Assembly: GCA_964481435.1 (NCBI GenBank)
Contig: CAYZTH010000002.1
Span: forward strand, 1-36,846
DNA: 36,846 bases
From: Candidatus Woesearchaeota archaeon
Lineage (GTDB): Archaea; Nanobdellota; Nanobdellia; Pacearchaeales; UBA284
Direction of reading: 5' to 3'
Numbering within the stretch: position 1 is the first letter of the stretch; the number at the start of each line of letters is the position of its first letter. Position numbers and translations under genes: made by a program. Positions 29,701-36,846 of this stretch are shown in pieces. The notes under the pieces are model-generated. The model was given only the letters and a program-made list of their open reading frames with translations, was not told the origin of the DNA and did no database searches.

Positions 29701-31645
29701 TGCATTTTATGTTGAAACGCAGCCAGTTAATTCTAATGGGACTTCTTATAAGTACAATATAAAACCCGGAGAAACAGCTTATATCAATGTAACAACAACT
29801 AAAAATTATAAATATTCAAGTTCTGGAACAAGGTATAATTTCTCAGATTATGTAAATACGAGTATTGTTAATATAACTCTGTCAAGATGGGATCAAAATT
29901 CTCAAAGTAGTGTCAAATATAACTTACAGTCTCTAAATGTCGCTCCTTTACAAGTAAATGGAACCCAGATATTAAATATTACTTACACTAACGGGAATTG
30001 GCCTTCTGGATACTATTGGGGAGAACTTTTAATGAACAACTCTGATGGAGAGAATTCAAGAGGATGGCTATACTTTAATGTACAACCATTTAGAGTTGAT
30101 ACTTCTATAAGTTCATATAATGTGGACTATGATAGTTGTGCTAATGCTAGCTTGAATGCGAGAGAGCCTGATTGGAATTACTATTCTTTACTTTATGGAA
30201 ATTATTCTGTTACCGGGGTATATGAAGATATATGGTCTATGTCGGGAGTTCAAAGAACAACCTATACTAATTATACCCTCAATGGAGGGGATAATACAAC
30301 TGAATTCAATGCCACAACGTATATAAATATCTGTCCAAACGAGGGAGGCTGGGGAAGCGGAAGTTGGGGAGGATATCACTACTTGAGTCTTATTGTTTCA
30401 AATGCTTCTGACCTGGCATCCAATCAAACAGGGTGGTTGTATTTTAGGACAATTCCCTTCATAACAAGCTGGAACAGTGGTAGTAATATAAGAAAAACTT
30501 CCTCGAAAACAGCAACTGTAACCCTAACAAGAGTTTTAGGAGGAAATGCATCTGGAAATTTAACTAAACTCTATCAATGGAGATATGATGCCTACAAAAA
30601 TGGAGAAGAAGAGTATATATACAAAACGAATGATAGTTGTTGGTCAAATGTTTCGAGCGCCTGCACAATAAATGGTGCTGCAAATATTACAATTTTTCCT
30701 CCATCATATGGATGGAAGTCTGGATACAATTATATTTATTCTGTATGGACGAATGTAAACGGTAGCACAAGGTTCGAGGATTATAATGGAATTTATTTCC
30801 AAGCAAGAGATATTTATTATGGGACATTCTCTAATTACGATCAAAATAACAGTTATAAATATAATTTTGCTCAAGATGAAAATCTAACTATAAAAGTGGT
30901 TGTAAGAGATCCTGATGATAACCTAGCAAATGTCAATATCACAAAGGTCGAATATAGCACTAATTATTATACTTATAGTGATGCTACATATACTACAACT
31001 AATTTAAGCTATGGAACACACCTCATAACTATGACAAATTCAGGAAATTGGTCTTTGGGATATTATTATATCAGAATAACTGTAACTGGTTCAGAAGGAA
31101 GTGTATTATTTTCTGATACTGGAAATCTTCGAGTTAAAGATATGGTCGCTCCAACACTAAATATAACATATCCCATAAACAATGTGACCTATTCAAATAA
31201 TTCTTTGATATTTAACATTACTCTCTCTGAAAATGGTATTTGTGAGTCAACGCTTTATAACTACTATAATTTCTATAATTCGTTTTGTTATAATTGGAAT
31301 GCAACCAATTCATCAAATCAAACAAAAGAAGCATGTAATACTACAAAGTATAATTACAGCGGAAACACCTATTATTATGAATGGCTTTCTTACCACTATC
31401 ACTCTCTTTACTCTGATAATGGGAGTGCATATTGTTATAGATCTAGTTCTTGTTCTGGCTCAAATGACGCTTTAATAGCAAGAGCAAGAGTCTTTACTTC
31501 CGGAACATCATCAACAAGCCAAAGCTTTACTCTTAACACCACTAATTGGACAGAACAAAATTATGGAGTATATATTAATTGCTATGATAATGATTGGAAT
31601 TATGGCCATGAATTAGTTACTGTCGCTGTAAACAACCCTGTTTAA
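26702..31645 (+). CDS. giant secreted surface glycoprotein (S-layer/adhesin-like), no membrane anchor
   Basis: 1647-aa uninterrupted ORF. Signal peptide MANTWQFFLTVVSVALLLFMLIPLVSA. N/S/T/Y-rich, with about 80 N-x-S/T sequons by hand count. No C-terminal TM helix. Confidence 0.85.
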   Translation: MANTWQFFLTVVSVALLLFMLIPLVSANVYIPDIYFTLPDSVFYANENIQLKGYVYFTNISDNGTYYSNNTVLVGQEINLSIWDESRTLNASYNLTTDSNGSFYSRSNFYLSSPLVSAPLVPGNYYIRASVVLNNTNNSNSTYYSEIEFSVANQTMDFIRVSSDKARYNPGNGVIVSAEAVKKVGDRILYISNVSISGNLRDSAKEVLEAFSCTTGSNGKCTTTVTAPDYGEYILEVNNFKAFSSFQVVPFSFILSVKDENGKSIKNVFSRGEKAKIEVKANNASSSDTYRFIGYIKDSSGRIIENISTVVLNSNNSFANSYEVSIDSDYNYGSYSVYVDVTKDGDGTISSLTSFKIEDWSLSLSKKSSRSGFEYGYSAFPNSTLYFELLPLYRINGSIVPNISFSSFTALLKDELNNVINSSNVSWNSSCGTSGCYEFSLRAPENYGKYSLYATLVYSNNVQTISRAINIINTVISAQSTDKNGNIKELFGTNEFVYLSFLTYNLTNPSVNLSDAELFIVQYMNGTEISYSNASSFEEVNGTGYRWSWNSSLQRIKMDTLKMGGLYNIYIFGNNRSAGAEAKFIINPYDACISPKNSLETNSYYVWQFKTSDTIYFEIKISQANNPLGKATALNLSSTSNSSTNGTQGGLGAACAMDTTTKQVVTNATLTIDEVKNSESGVIQSFNSSGSSCTPKDNLGTYICTLKPLSKWDSGQILVKVDIEGQDGSTSTVYGMFEARAFYLYGWSQSWQNSPTSNITLQIQIYEAGSNWWGSGSGISGTVTVTKVEYQGGSGEWIWPPIDSGYNVSLLNSTSVSGSTGTMTLDSSYASGGRWKTGNYRAVLKATTSSGDTDYGYAWFGIRMWDVYGSPIECTDSSCNYKSYFNTRENITLFIQVNKPGMWGSYNQDLSDNVSVSVKKIQDCRTWPCKELNQTDYSANSINVSRTSGYYWSGNLTSLSNYIIYINSTSGIWDAGSYNVILDVKGINESDSGSAWFNSIAFYVETQPVNSNGTSYKYNIKPGETAYINVTTTKNYKYSSSGTRYNFSDYVNTSIVNITLSRWDQNSQSSVKYNLQSLNVAPLQVNGTQILNITYTNGNWPSGYYWGELLMNNSDGENSRGWLYFNVQPFRVDTSISSYNVDYDSCANASLNAREPDWNYYSLLYGNYSVTGVYEDIWSMSGVQRTTYTNYTLNGGDNTTEFNATTYINICPNEGGWGSGSWGGYHYLSLIVSNASDLASNQTGWLYFRTIPFITSWNSGSNIRKTSSKTATVTLTRVLGGNASGNLTKLYQWRYDAYKNGEEEYIYKTNDSCWSNVSSACTINGAANITIFPPSYGWKSGYNYIYSVWTNVNGSTRFEDYNGIYFQARDIYYGTFSNYDQNNSYKYNFAQDENLTIKVVVRDPDDNLANVNITKVEYSTNYYTYSDATYTTTNLSYGTHLITMTNSGNWSLGYYYIRITVTGSEGSVLFSDTGNLRVKDMVAPTLNITYPINNVTYSNNSLIFNITLSENGICESTLYNYYNFYNSFCYNWNATNSSNQTKEACNTTKYNYSGNTYYYEWLSYHYHSLYSDNGSAYCYRSSSCSGSNDALIARARVFTSGTSSTSQSFTLNTTNWTEQNYGVYINCYDNDWNYGHELVTVAVNNPV

Positions 31646-31648
31646 AAA

Positions 31649-32713
31649 ATGAGAAAAACAAAGGAAAAATTAATAGCGGGTAGAAATTCAATCTTGTTCT
31701 TTATTATTTTATTTTTATTCTTAATTAATCTTTGTTTGGTTTATGCTTCAGCTGATTTCCAAGTAACTAGTTTTTCGTGTTCTCCAGAAGAAATTGTTGT
31801 GAGCAGCAGTTTTTCTTGTACAGCCCAGATTAAAAACTCAGGGGATAACGGAAGTTTGGGCGTTGTTACACTTTATCCTGATTCTAGTGCCTGGCTTGAA
31901 GAGTCTAACTATCCCCAAGCATATGGGTCTAGTATTCAGGGTGGGGAGACTATATCTATTGCATTCTCTGAATTAAGAGCAACTAAATCAGGAACAAATG
32001 GTTTTTCAAAGATTATGCTTGATTCGGTTACAGACAATTATGTCTCAGATAATGGGATCAGTGTGAATACTATTAATGTTATTGCTGTTTTGGAGGTTTC
32101 TGATTCTTCTGTTTCTATTGGAGATATCTTTGATGTCATTGTAGAAATTACTGCAGGCGGGAGTATCGATGTTGTTCTTAAATTTGAAGGAAATGCTGGC
32201 TGTGATTTAGGAAGCCAATCCAGTCAAAAAACAATAACTGGAATGACTGATGGAAGTAAACAGTCGAGAACATGGACCGCGGTTACGCAAGCAGATGATG
32301 TTGCTTGTTCATTTACAATTACTGCTACTGCAACAGGAACAGGAGGTATTGCTTCAAAACAAGATAGTTCTTCAGAAACACTAACCTGTTCAGACTGCCC
32401 TGTTGAAGAAGATGAAGGAGGCGGAGGAGGAGGGAGCGGTGGAGGAGTAGCCTCAGCAAATGAAACTGATGCAACTAATCAGACAAACCAGAATCCAGAA
32501 TTGAATAATAACACAAATATTCTGAATAATCAAAGCACTACCAATAAAACTGGTGAGAATAAAGAGGGAAAAGGGAATAACTTAACCTGGTTGTGGTGGG
32601 CTATCTGCGTTGCTGTTGTGGCTGTATTCACTGTTTTGGCTGTTGTTCTTACAAGAAAAGAGAAAGATCCTTATCATAAGAATTACAAGTACAAAAGACC
32701 TAACAAGTACTAA
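31649..32713 (+). CDS. C-terminally anchored beta-sandwich (CARDB-like) surface protein
   Basis: Signal/anchor ILFFIILFLFLINLCLVYASA. VTSFSCSPEEIVVSSSFSCTAQIKNSGD is a CARDB-like strand pattern. Then a Gly6-SGGG linker, an N/T/Q-rich stalk, the TM helix WLWWAICVAVVAVFTVLAVVL and a short basic tail. It starts 3 nt after the giant gene's stop. Confidence 0.75.
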   Translation: MRKTKEKLIAGRNSILFFIILFLFLINLCLVYASADFQVTSFSCSPEEIVVSSSFSCTAQIKNSGDNGSLGVVTLYPDSSAWLEESNYPQAYGSSIQGGETISIAFSELRATKSGTNGFSKIMLDSVTDNYVSDNGISVNTINVIAVLEVSDSSVSIGDIFDVIVEITAGGSIDVVLKFEGNAGCDLGSQSSQKTITGMTDGSKQSRTWTAVTQADDVACSFTITATATGTGGIASKQDSSSETLTCSDCPVEEDEGGGGGGSGGGVASANETDATNQTNQNPELNNNTNILNNQSTTNKTGENKEGKGNNLTWLWWAICVAVVAVFTVLAVVLTRKEKDPYHKNYKYKRPNKY

Positions 32714-32716
32714 TTT

Positions 32717-33496
32717 TTATACTCTAAACAGTTCTGTTGCTTTATCTCTTTCAGAAACATGGAATTCTGCTTCGAGATCTTTTCTTTCTTTAAGCAAAGA
32801 TTTCATTGTCTTTAGGGCAACAGGGGGTGTGTTATTTACTGCACTCAGATGTGATAGAACAATTTTCTTTAATTTTGTTCGCGCATGTTCCAATAAACAA
32901 ATGGAAGACTGAAAATTTGAGAGATGGCCTAGCTTGCTTGAAATCCTATCTTTTAAGAATTTGGGGTAGGGCCCATCTTGAAGCATGCCATAATCGTGGT
33001 TTGCTTCTATGAATAAAAAGTCTGATTCAGATGCATACTCTGACACATTCTTACATACTTGGCCTATGTCGGTCATTACTGAGACTGTCTTTACCTCGTT
33101 TCTGGAGAGTATTGAGTAAGAAACCGGATTCAAACCATCGTGAAATTTTGGAAAAGTTTGGACATCAAAGCCATTTATCTTTACTGTTTCATTATTTTTT
33201 ATAAAATTTAACATTTCTTGGTTTGAACAAATAAAGGTCTCTTTAGATGTTTCTTTTGTCAGAAAAATTGGGACATTAAAATTCCTTGCAAAGACATCAA
33301 CACCTTTAATGTGATCTGAATGCTCGTGAGTCAAGAAAATAGCTTTAACATTCTCTGGACTTCGCTTTATATGTTTTAATCTCTCGCAGGCAAGCTTACA
33401 GGTTATTCCGAGGTCTATCAGAATTCCTTGCTTGTCGTCATTCTCTATATAGAATGAATTGCCTGAACTTCCCGAAGCTAAAGCACATGCCCTCAT
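32717..33496 (-). CDS. MBL-fold metallo-hydrolase
   Basis: MRACALASGSSGNSFYIE..., HxHxDH motif LTHEHSDHIKG. The start is set at the ATG forming an ATGA overlap with the upstream stop; the track's longer start is 33526. Confidence 0.85.
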   Translation of the reverse strand: MRACALASGSSGNSFYIENDDKQGILIDLGITCKLACERLKHIKRSPENVKAIFLTHEHSDHIKGVDVFARNFNVPIFLTKETSKETFICSNQEMLNFIKNNETVKINGFDVQTFPKFHDGLNPVSYSILSRNEVKTVSVMTDIGQVCKNVSEYASESDFLFIEANHDYGMLQDGPYPKFLKDRISSKLGHLSNFQSSICLLEHARTKLKKIVLSHLSAVNNTPPVALKTMKSLLKERKDLEAEFHVSERDKATELFRV

Positions 33497-33969
33497 GCTA
33501 ATCTCCCCGGGGTCTTTTTTACCCATCCGACATTCTTCTTTAACCAGTGATTATAGGTCTCTTTATCAAACCTTTTTATTGATTTCAAAGCGACTTTCTT
33601 TGAATCTTTGATAAATTTTTTATCTAAATACTTTGAAGCAGGACACCCCGTATCTAAGAGATAAATTATCTTGTCTTTTGAATAGATTGCTTTGACAGGA
33701 TAGCATAGACAATCCAAAGGTTTATTCTCTTCAATTTTGCACTTGCCCTCTTTTAAAAAGATACAATCCTGGCTCCTTTTTCCTTCCTTTAAGATAAAAT
33801 AATTCTTTCCTGATTTCAATTTGATTTCTTTTACATAGGCCCCAATCTTCTTTGCTTCTTTGTAATCTAGTATTGGGGACCCAAAGAATTTTCCTGCTTT
33901 ACAGCACTTTGATTTGCAAAAAATACAGTATTTTAATAAAGATAAATCCCCCATTTTTATCACCAACAT
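33493..33969 (-). CDS. YkgJ-family (CxxCxxCC) cysteine-cluster protein
   Basis: CIFCKSKCC near the N-terminus, plus a second Cys group (DCIFLKEGKCKI...LDCLCYP). Confidence 0.65.
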   Translation of the reverse strand: MLVIKMGDLSLLKYCIFCKSKCCKAGKFFGSPILDYKEAKKIGAYVKEIKLKSGKNYFILKEGKRSQDCIFLKEGKCKIEENKPLDCLCYPVKAIYSKDKIIYLLDTGCPASKYLDKKFIKDSKKVALKSIKRFDKETYNHWLKKNVGWVKKTPGRLA

Positions 33970-34009
33970 CTCTTAGAAAAATGAGTTTTTAATGCTTTCT
34001 AGAAAAAAT

Positions 34010-36846
34010 TCATCTGTTCTTTATCAACTTTTTAACTTTATCCTGTTCTTTGTGATGCAGAATATCTAGGATTCCATCTTCATCCTTGTGCAACCGGTCT
34101 AGATTACCTTTCAATTTACGGGCAATATTAGTTTCTTCTTCAAATATAGCTTGAACGGAGTTTATCTTGTTCTTTATTTCCATCCTGATTGCTGAATGTC
34201 CTAAGTTCTTGTAATTTTCAGACTTCATCAAAATCTTTTCTTTTTCAACTAGCTTTTTGTATTTTCCAAACCAGTCCGCCATCTCATCCAAGGCCCTCAT
34301 TCTATCTGAGTCGAGACTCTTTATTTTACCTGCTTGAGAATAAGGTATCTTCTTTTTGTCTATCATCTTCCCAATCATCCCAGGACTTATCTTTACCCTA
34401 TCTCTTAATCTTGTTCTTCTATTCAGGCATAATTTTATTCCCCAGCCAGAATTCTTTCTTATTTTATTATTAAACTTCTGAATATTATAAAATGCATCAC
34501 TAGGGTCTTGTCTATTTTTAGTCTTTATATCGCCCAATATGTCCTCTTGTTTCTTCTTAAGGGAGACAAAATTGGTTATTCTCTGGACTACTTTTTCAAG
34601 AGTCAATCTCTTGAGTGGATTATATACGAAAGGGAGTATAATCAGGATTATTGCAATCAAGATAATCAGGTATAATAAACTCCGCCAATTGAATCTTCCC
34701 ATGCAACCGTTATCTGTGCAATCATAACTGATAACCAAAATACCCAGAATCTTTGAATTTGGACTACATCTACAGTCTTTACAGCAGGTTTTGCTTGTTT
34801 CGTCTACGTCACACCGATTATCGCCACATGAAGATCCCCCAACCTGTGCCCCGGCATTTTCTTTGGTTTGATTTGTTTCATTTGATGGAGTCACTGGATT
34901 TGTTTGATTAGTCACATTGGTATTATTCTTTAGAGTTACATCTCCTCCGCCGTCCCAAAGGATTGTTGGAGCGACATAATTTATGTTGAATGTCCTATTT
35001 TCAGTTATGTTTGTCTGGCTAGCAGTATCATTACACCAAACCGCCCACTTATAGTTCTGTGCATCAGAAATTCCAGGAACAGTTATGTTCAGCCAGGTAT
35101 CATTTGTGTATGAATCATTGGTATAGTTCGCTCCCCATGTTCCGGTCGTGTTTGTCCAGAGCTGAATCATGGAAACAGCAACATTGTCATAACATTTCAT
35201 ATCAAATGTGACTGAAGAACTTGTTGAATTGTAACTATCTGCAGGATTGGCCCCCTGGGCTGCGACTGGATTTGTTGAATCTCCCCCTCCTGCTGAGGCA
35301 GTCACTAGCGGAACAAGTATGCTGAAGCTCGTCGCATTTCCAGAGATAGTTTTATTCTCTATATCAACTAAGCTGTAACTGACATTCTTCCAGTCTGTTG
35401 AATTATAGTCTAGCATAACCATCAAGCTTTCATTTTTTCCTACGGGAATATCCTCTGCAGAATAGGAGATATTAAGGAAAAGCCAGTTGCTTCCTGTCAA
35501 GTTTGTTACATTGACATATTTTGAAATATTCGAATAATCTACAGGGTCGCTTGGAGGAATTTCAACGCCATCTATTTCAAAGTTACCTGAGTAAGTATAA
35601 CTTATCTTAGTCGGGAAGTACTCGCCGATTGTCTCGTTCATGAAGATATTATCGTGGCTGTAATCGCCTAGCACAATGTCCTTTGCATTTTGGGCATTTA
35701 GTACGTTATTGTTAAAAGTGTTGTTGCTCGAAGGATCACTACTTGAGCCAGCAAAATAAACAGCCCAACTATCTAATCCACTAGTATTTATGTTATTACT
35801 AGAAACATTGAAGAAAGTAGTTCTGTAAAAATAAATTCCATAACCTCCCCACCCACTGGAGTCACCTAATCCTTCCATTGTTATATTATTATTATTGACA
35901 TGGGAAATCGCCCCACTTGGATTATCGGTCTGTCTGTTATATTCTAAATAAATACCTGTGCTATAATCTCCAGTAACCAGGATGTTATTATTAATAACAC
36001 TTAAATTACCTGCAGAATAATCAATATAAACGCCGTAGTACCAACCCTCGGAAGCAGCAGTAATATTATTATTATGAATACTGCTGTTTGAACTTAATGC
36101 TTGAAGATGTATGCCTGTCTGAACCGCCGTGACATTATTATTATATGCGCTGCATCTGTCAACCATATATAAATCAATTCCGGTTTGAGCCGAGTACACA
36201 TTATTATCAAAAACAGAGTCATTATATAGGGGAGGGTAGCCGTCTATATCTCTTGTCCATAACTCTATGCCTATGCTATTTGCTGATGTTCCATCAACAG
36301 TAATATTATTTCCAAAAATATCATTATTATTTGAACCCCGTTGCATAAGAACCCCATAACTATTGGCTGCACTTCCAGTAGCATGAATCGTGCTATAAGA
36401 GATAAAATTATTACTGCAGTTATAATCCACGATTACTCCGTAACCATCTTTAGTAGTTATATTATTATAAGAAACATTAGTGTTATTCGTGCCATACCCT
36501 AGACTGATTCCCCAGTTAACTCCAATAGAAGTGATATTGTTATTAAAAACTGTTCCATTGCTTGCATTTTTAAAATAGATTCCTCCGGTACTTGTGTGTG
36601 GAACACTTGTGTTTATATTGCAGTTTTTCACGGTTGTGTTTGTTGAATTAGAATAAACCCCATGACCTGTAGCGGAAGAGGCATAATTAATTGTAAAACT
36701 GTTGCAGTCAATAATTACATCTGCCCCAGTTACATTAAAGCAAGTTCCTGCTGAATTAATGCTAGTATTCAAAGTGTAAATTCCGGGGGAGGTTATATTT
36801 GCACACCAGCCGATATCTTCTGCAGATGCTAATTGGGTTAAAGAAA
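34010..36846 (-). CDS. single-pass surface protein with a parallel beta-helix (PbH1/NosD-like) ectodomain and a 203-aa cytoplasmic tail; 5'-partial
   Basis: At least 10 coils of the type (F/Y/H/I)NNN(I/V)T..., a Big-like domain, an N/T-rich stalk, a CGDNRCDVDETSKTCCKDC motif and the TM helix LLYLIILIAIILIILPFVY. The track's start (36772) is a TTG and the frame stays open to the window end. Confidence 0.85.
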   Translation of the reverse strand, partial: SLTQLASAEDIGWCANITSPGIYTLNTSINSAGTCFNVTGADVIIDCNSFTINYASSATGHGVYSNSTNTTVKNCNINTSVPHTSTGGIYFKNASNGTVFNNNITSIGVNWGISLGYGTNNTNVSYNNITTKDGYGVIVDYNCSNNFISYSTIHATGSAANSYGVLMQRGSNNNDIFGNNITVDGTSANSIGIELWTRDIDGYPPLYNDSVFDNNVYSAQTGIDLYMVDRCSAYNNNVTAVQTGIHLQALSSNSSIHNNNITAASEGWYYGVYIDYSAGNLSVINNNILVTGDYSTGIYLEYNRQTDNPSGAISHVNNNNITMEGLGDSSGWGGYGIYFYRTTFFNVSSNNINTSGLDSWAVYFAGSSSDPSSNNTFNNNVLNAQNAKDIVLGDYSHDNIFMNETIGEYFPTKISYTYSGNFEIDGVEIPPSDPVDYSNISKYVNVTNLTGSNWLFLNISYSAEDIPVGKNESLMVMLDYNSTDWKNVSYSLVDIENKTISGNATSFSILVPLVTASAGGGDSTNPVAAQGANPADSYNSTSSSVTFDMKCYDNVAVSMIQLWTNTTGTWGANYTNDSYTNDTWLNITVPGISDAQNYKWAVWCNDTASQTNITENRTFNINYVAPTILWDGGGDVTLKNNTNVTNQTNPVTPSNETNQTKENAGAQVGGSSCGDNRCDVDETSKTCCKDCRCSPNSKILGILVISYDCTDNGCMGRFNWRSLLYLIILIAIILIILPFVYNPLKRLTLEKVVQRITNFVSLKKKQEDILGDIKTKNRQDPSDAFYNIQKFNNKIRKNSGWGIKLCLNRRTRLRDRVKISPGMIGKMIDKKKIPYSQAGKIKSLDSDRMRALDEMADWFGKYKKLVEKEKILMKSENYKNLGHSAIRMEIKNKINSVQAIFEEETNIARKLKGNLDRLHKDEDGILDILHHKEQDKVKKLIKNR

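Noticed and set aside
1-36846. Assignment of the window to a CPR bacterium, prompted by bacterial-type AlaRS/LeuRS, the Doc and RelE modules and lipobox-like signals
   Set aside because: Class III pilin signal peptides of the DUF1628 type, TrmB, Elp3 and consistent TATA-box spacing 20-35 nt upstream of starts argue for an archaeon with laterally acquired bacterial genes. This remains inference until marker genes such as rRNA and ribosomal proteins are seen.

Overview
This is a 36.8-kb, AT-rich window (roughly mid-30s % GC by eye) that is densely coding, with about 42 genes. I found no rRNA, tRNA, CRISPR array or transposase. The gene content looks archaeal and most like a small-genome DPANN-type archaeon; that assignment is inference. 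The supporting evidence is: five genes with class III (archaeal type IV pilin) signal peptides, a TrmB regulator, Elp3, A/T-rich BRE/TATA-like boxes 20-35 nt upstream of start codons, and ATGA-type overlaps between adjacent genes. Against this background, AlaRS and LeuRS are clearly bacterial-type.

Layout:
- 1-5.4 kb: a membrane protein, a nucleotidyltransferase and the pilin-like cluster.
- 5.5-16.5 kb: housekeeping genes (serS, two Nudix, alpha/beta hydrolase, metallophosphoesterase, HD, elp3, gdhA, a SAM methyltransferase, a short alaS).
- 16.6-21.7 kb: an accessory islet with small membrane proteins, a Doc toxin plus RHH partner, an AbrB-like gene next to a flavin-reductase-like remnant, a RelE-type pair and TrmB.
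- 21.7-24.4 kb: leuS with an N-terminal zinc-ribbon extension.
- 24.5-36.8 kb: a cell-envelope island.

The envelope island is the most unusual part. It encodes a lipoprotein-like protein, a membrane-tethered array of seven knottin-like CX6CX5CC modules, and a 1647-aa anchorless protein very rich in N-glycosylation sequons. That giant gene is followed 3 nt later by a C-terminally anchored beta-sandwich protein, an arrangement resembling SlaA/SlaB. The island ends with a receptor-like parallel beta-helix protein that runs off the window end.

I also see a family of five intergenic bulged hairpins whose outer stems differ but stay complementary, and perfect palindromes placed just upstream of the TATA boxes of the toxin-antitoxin and trmB promoters. 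All family assignments come from motif recognition by eye. No database search was run.
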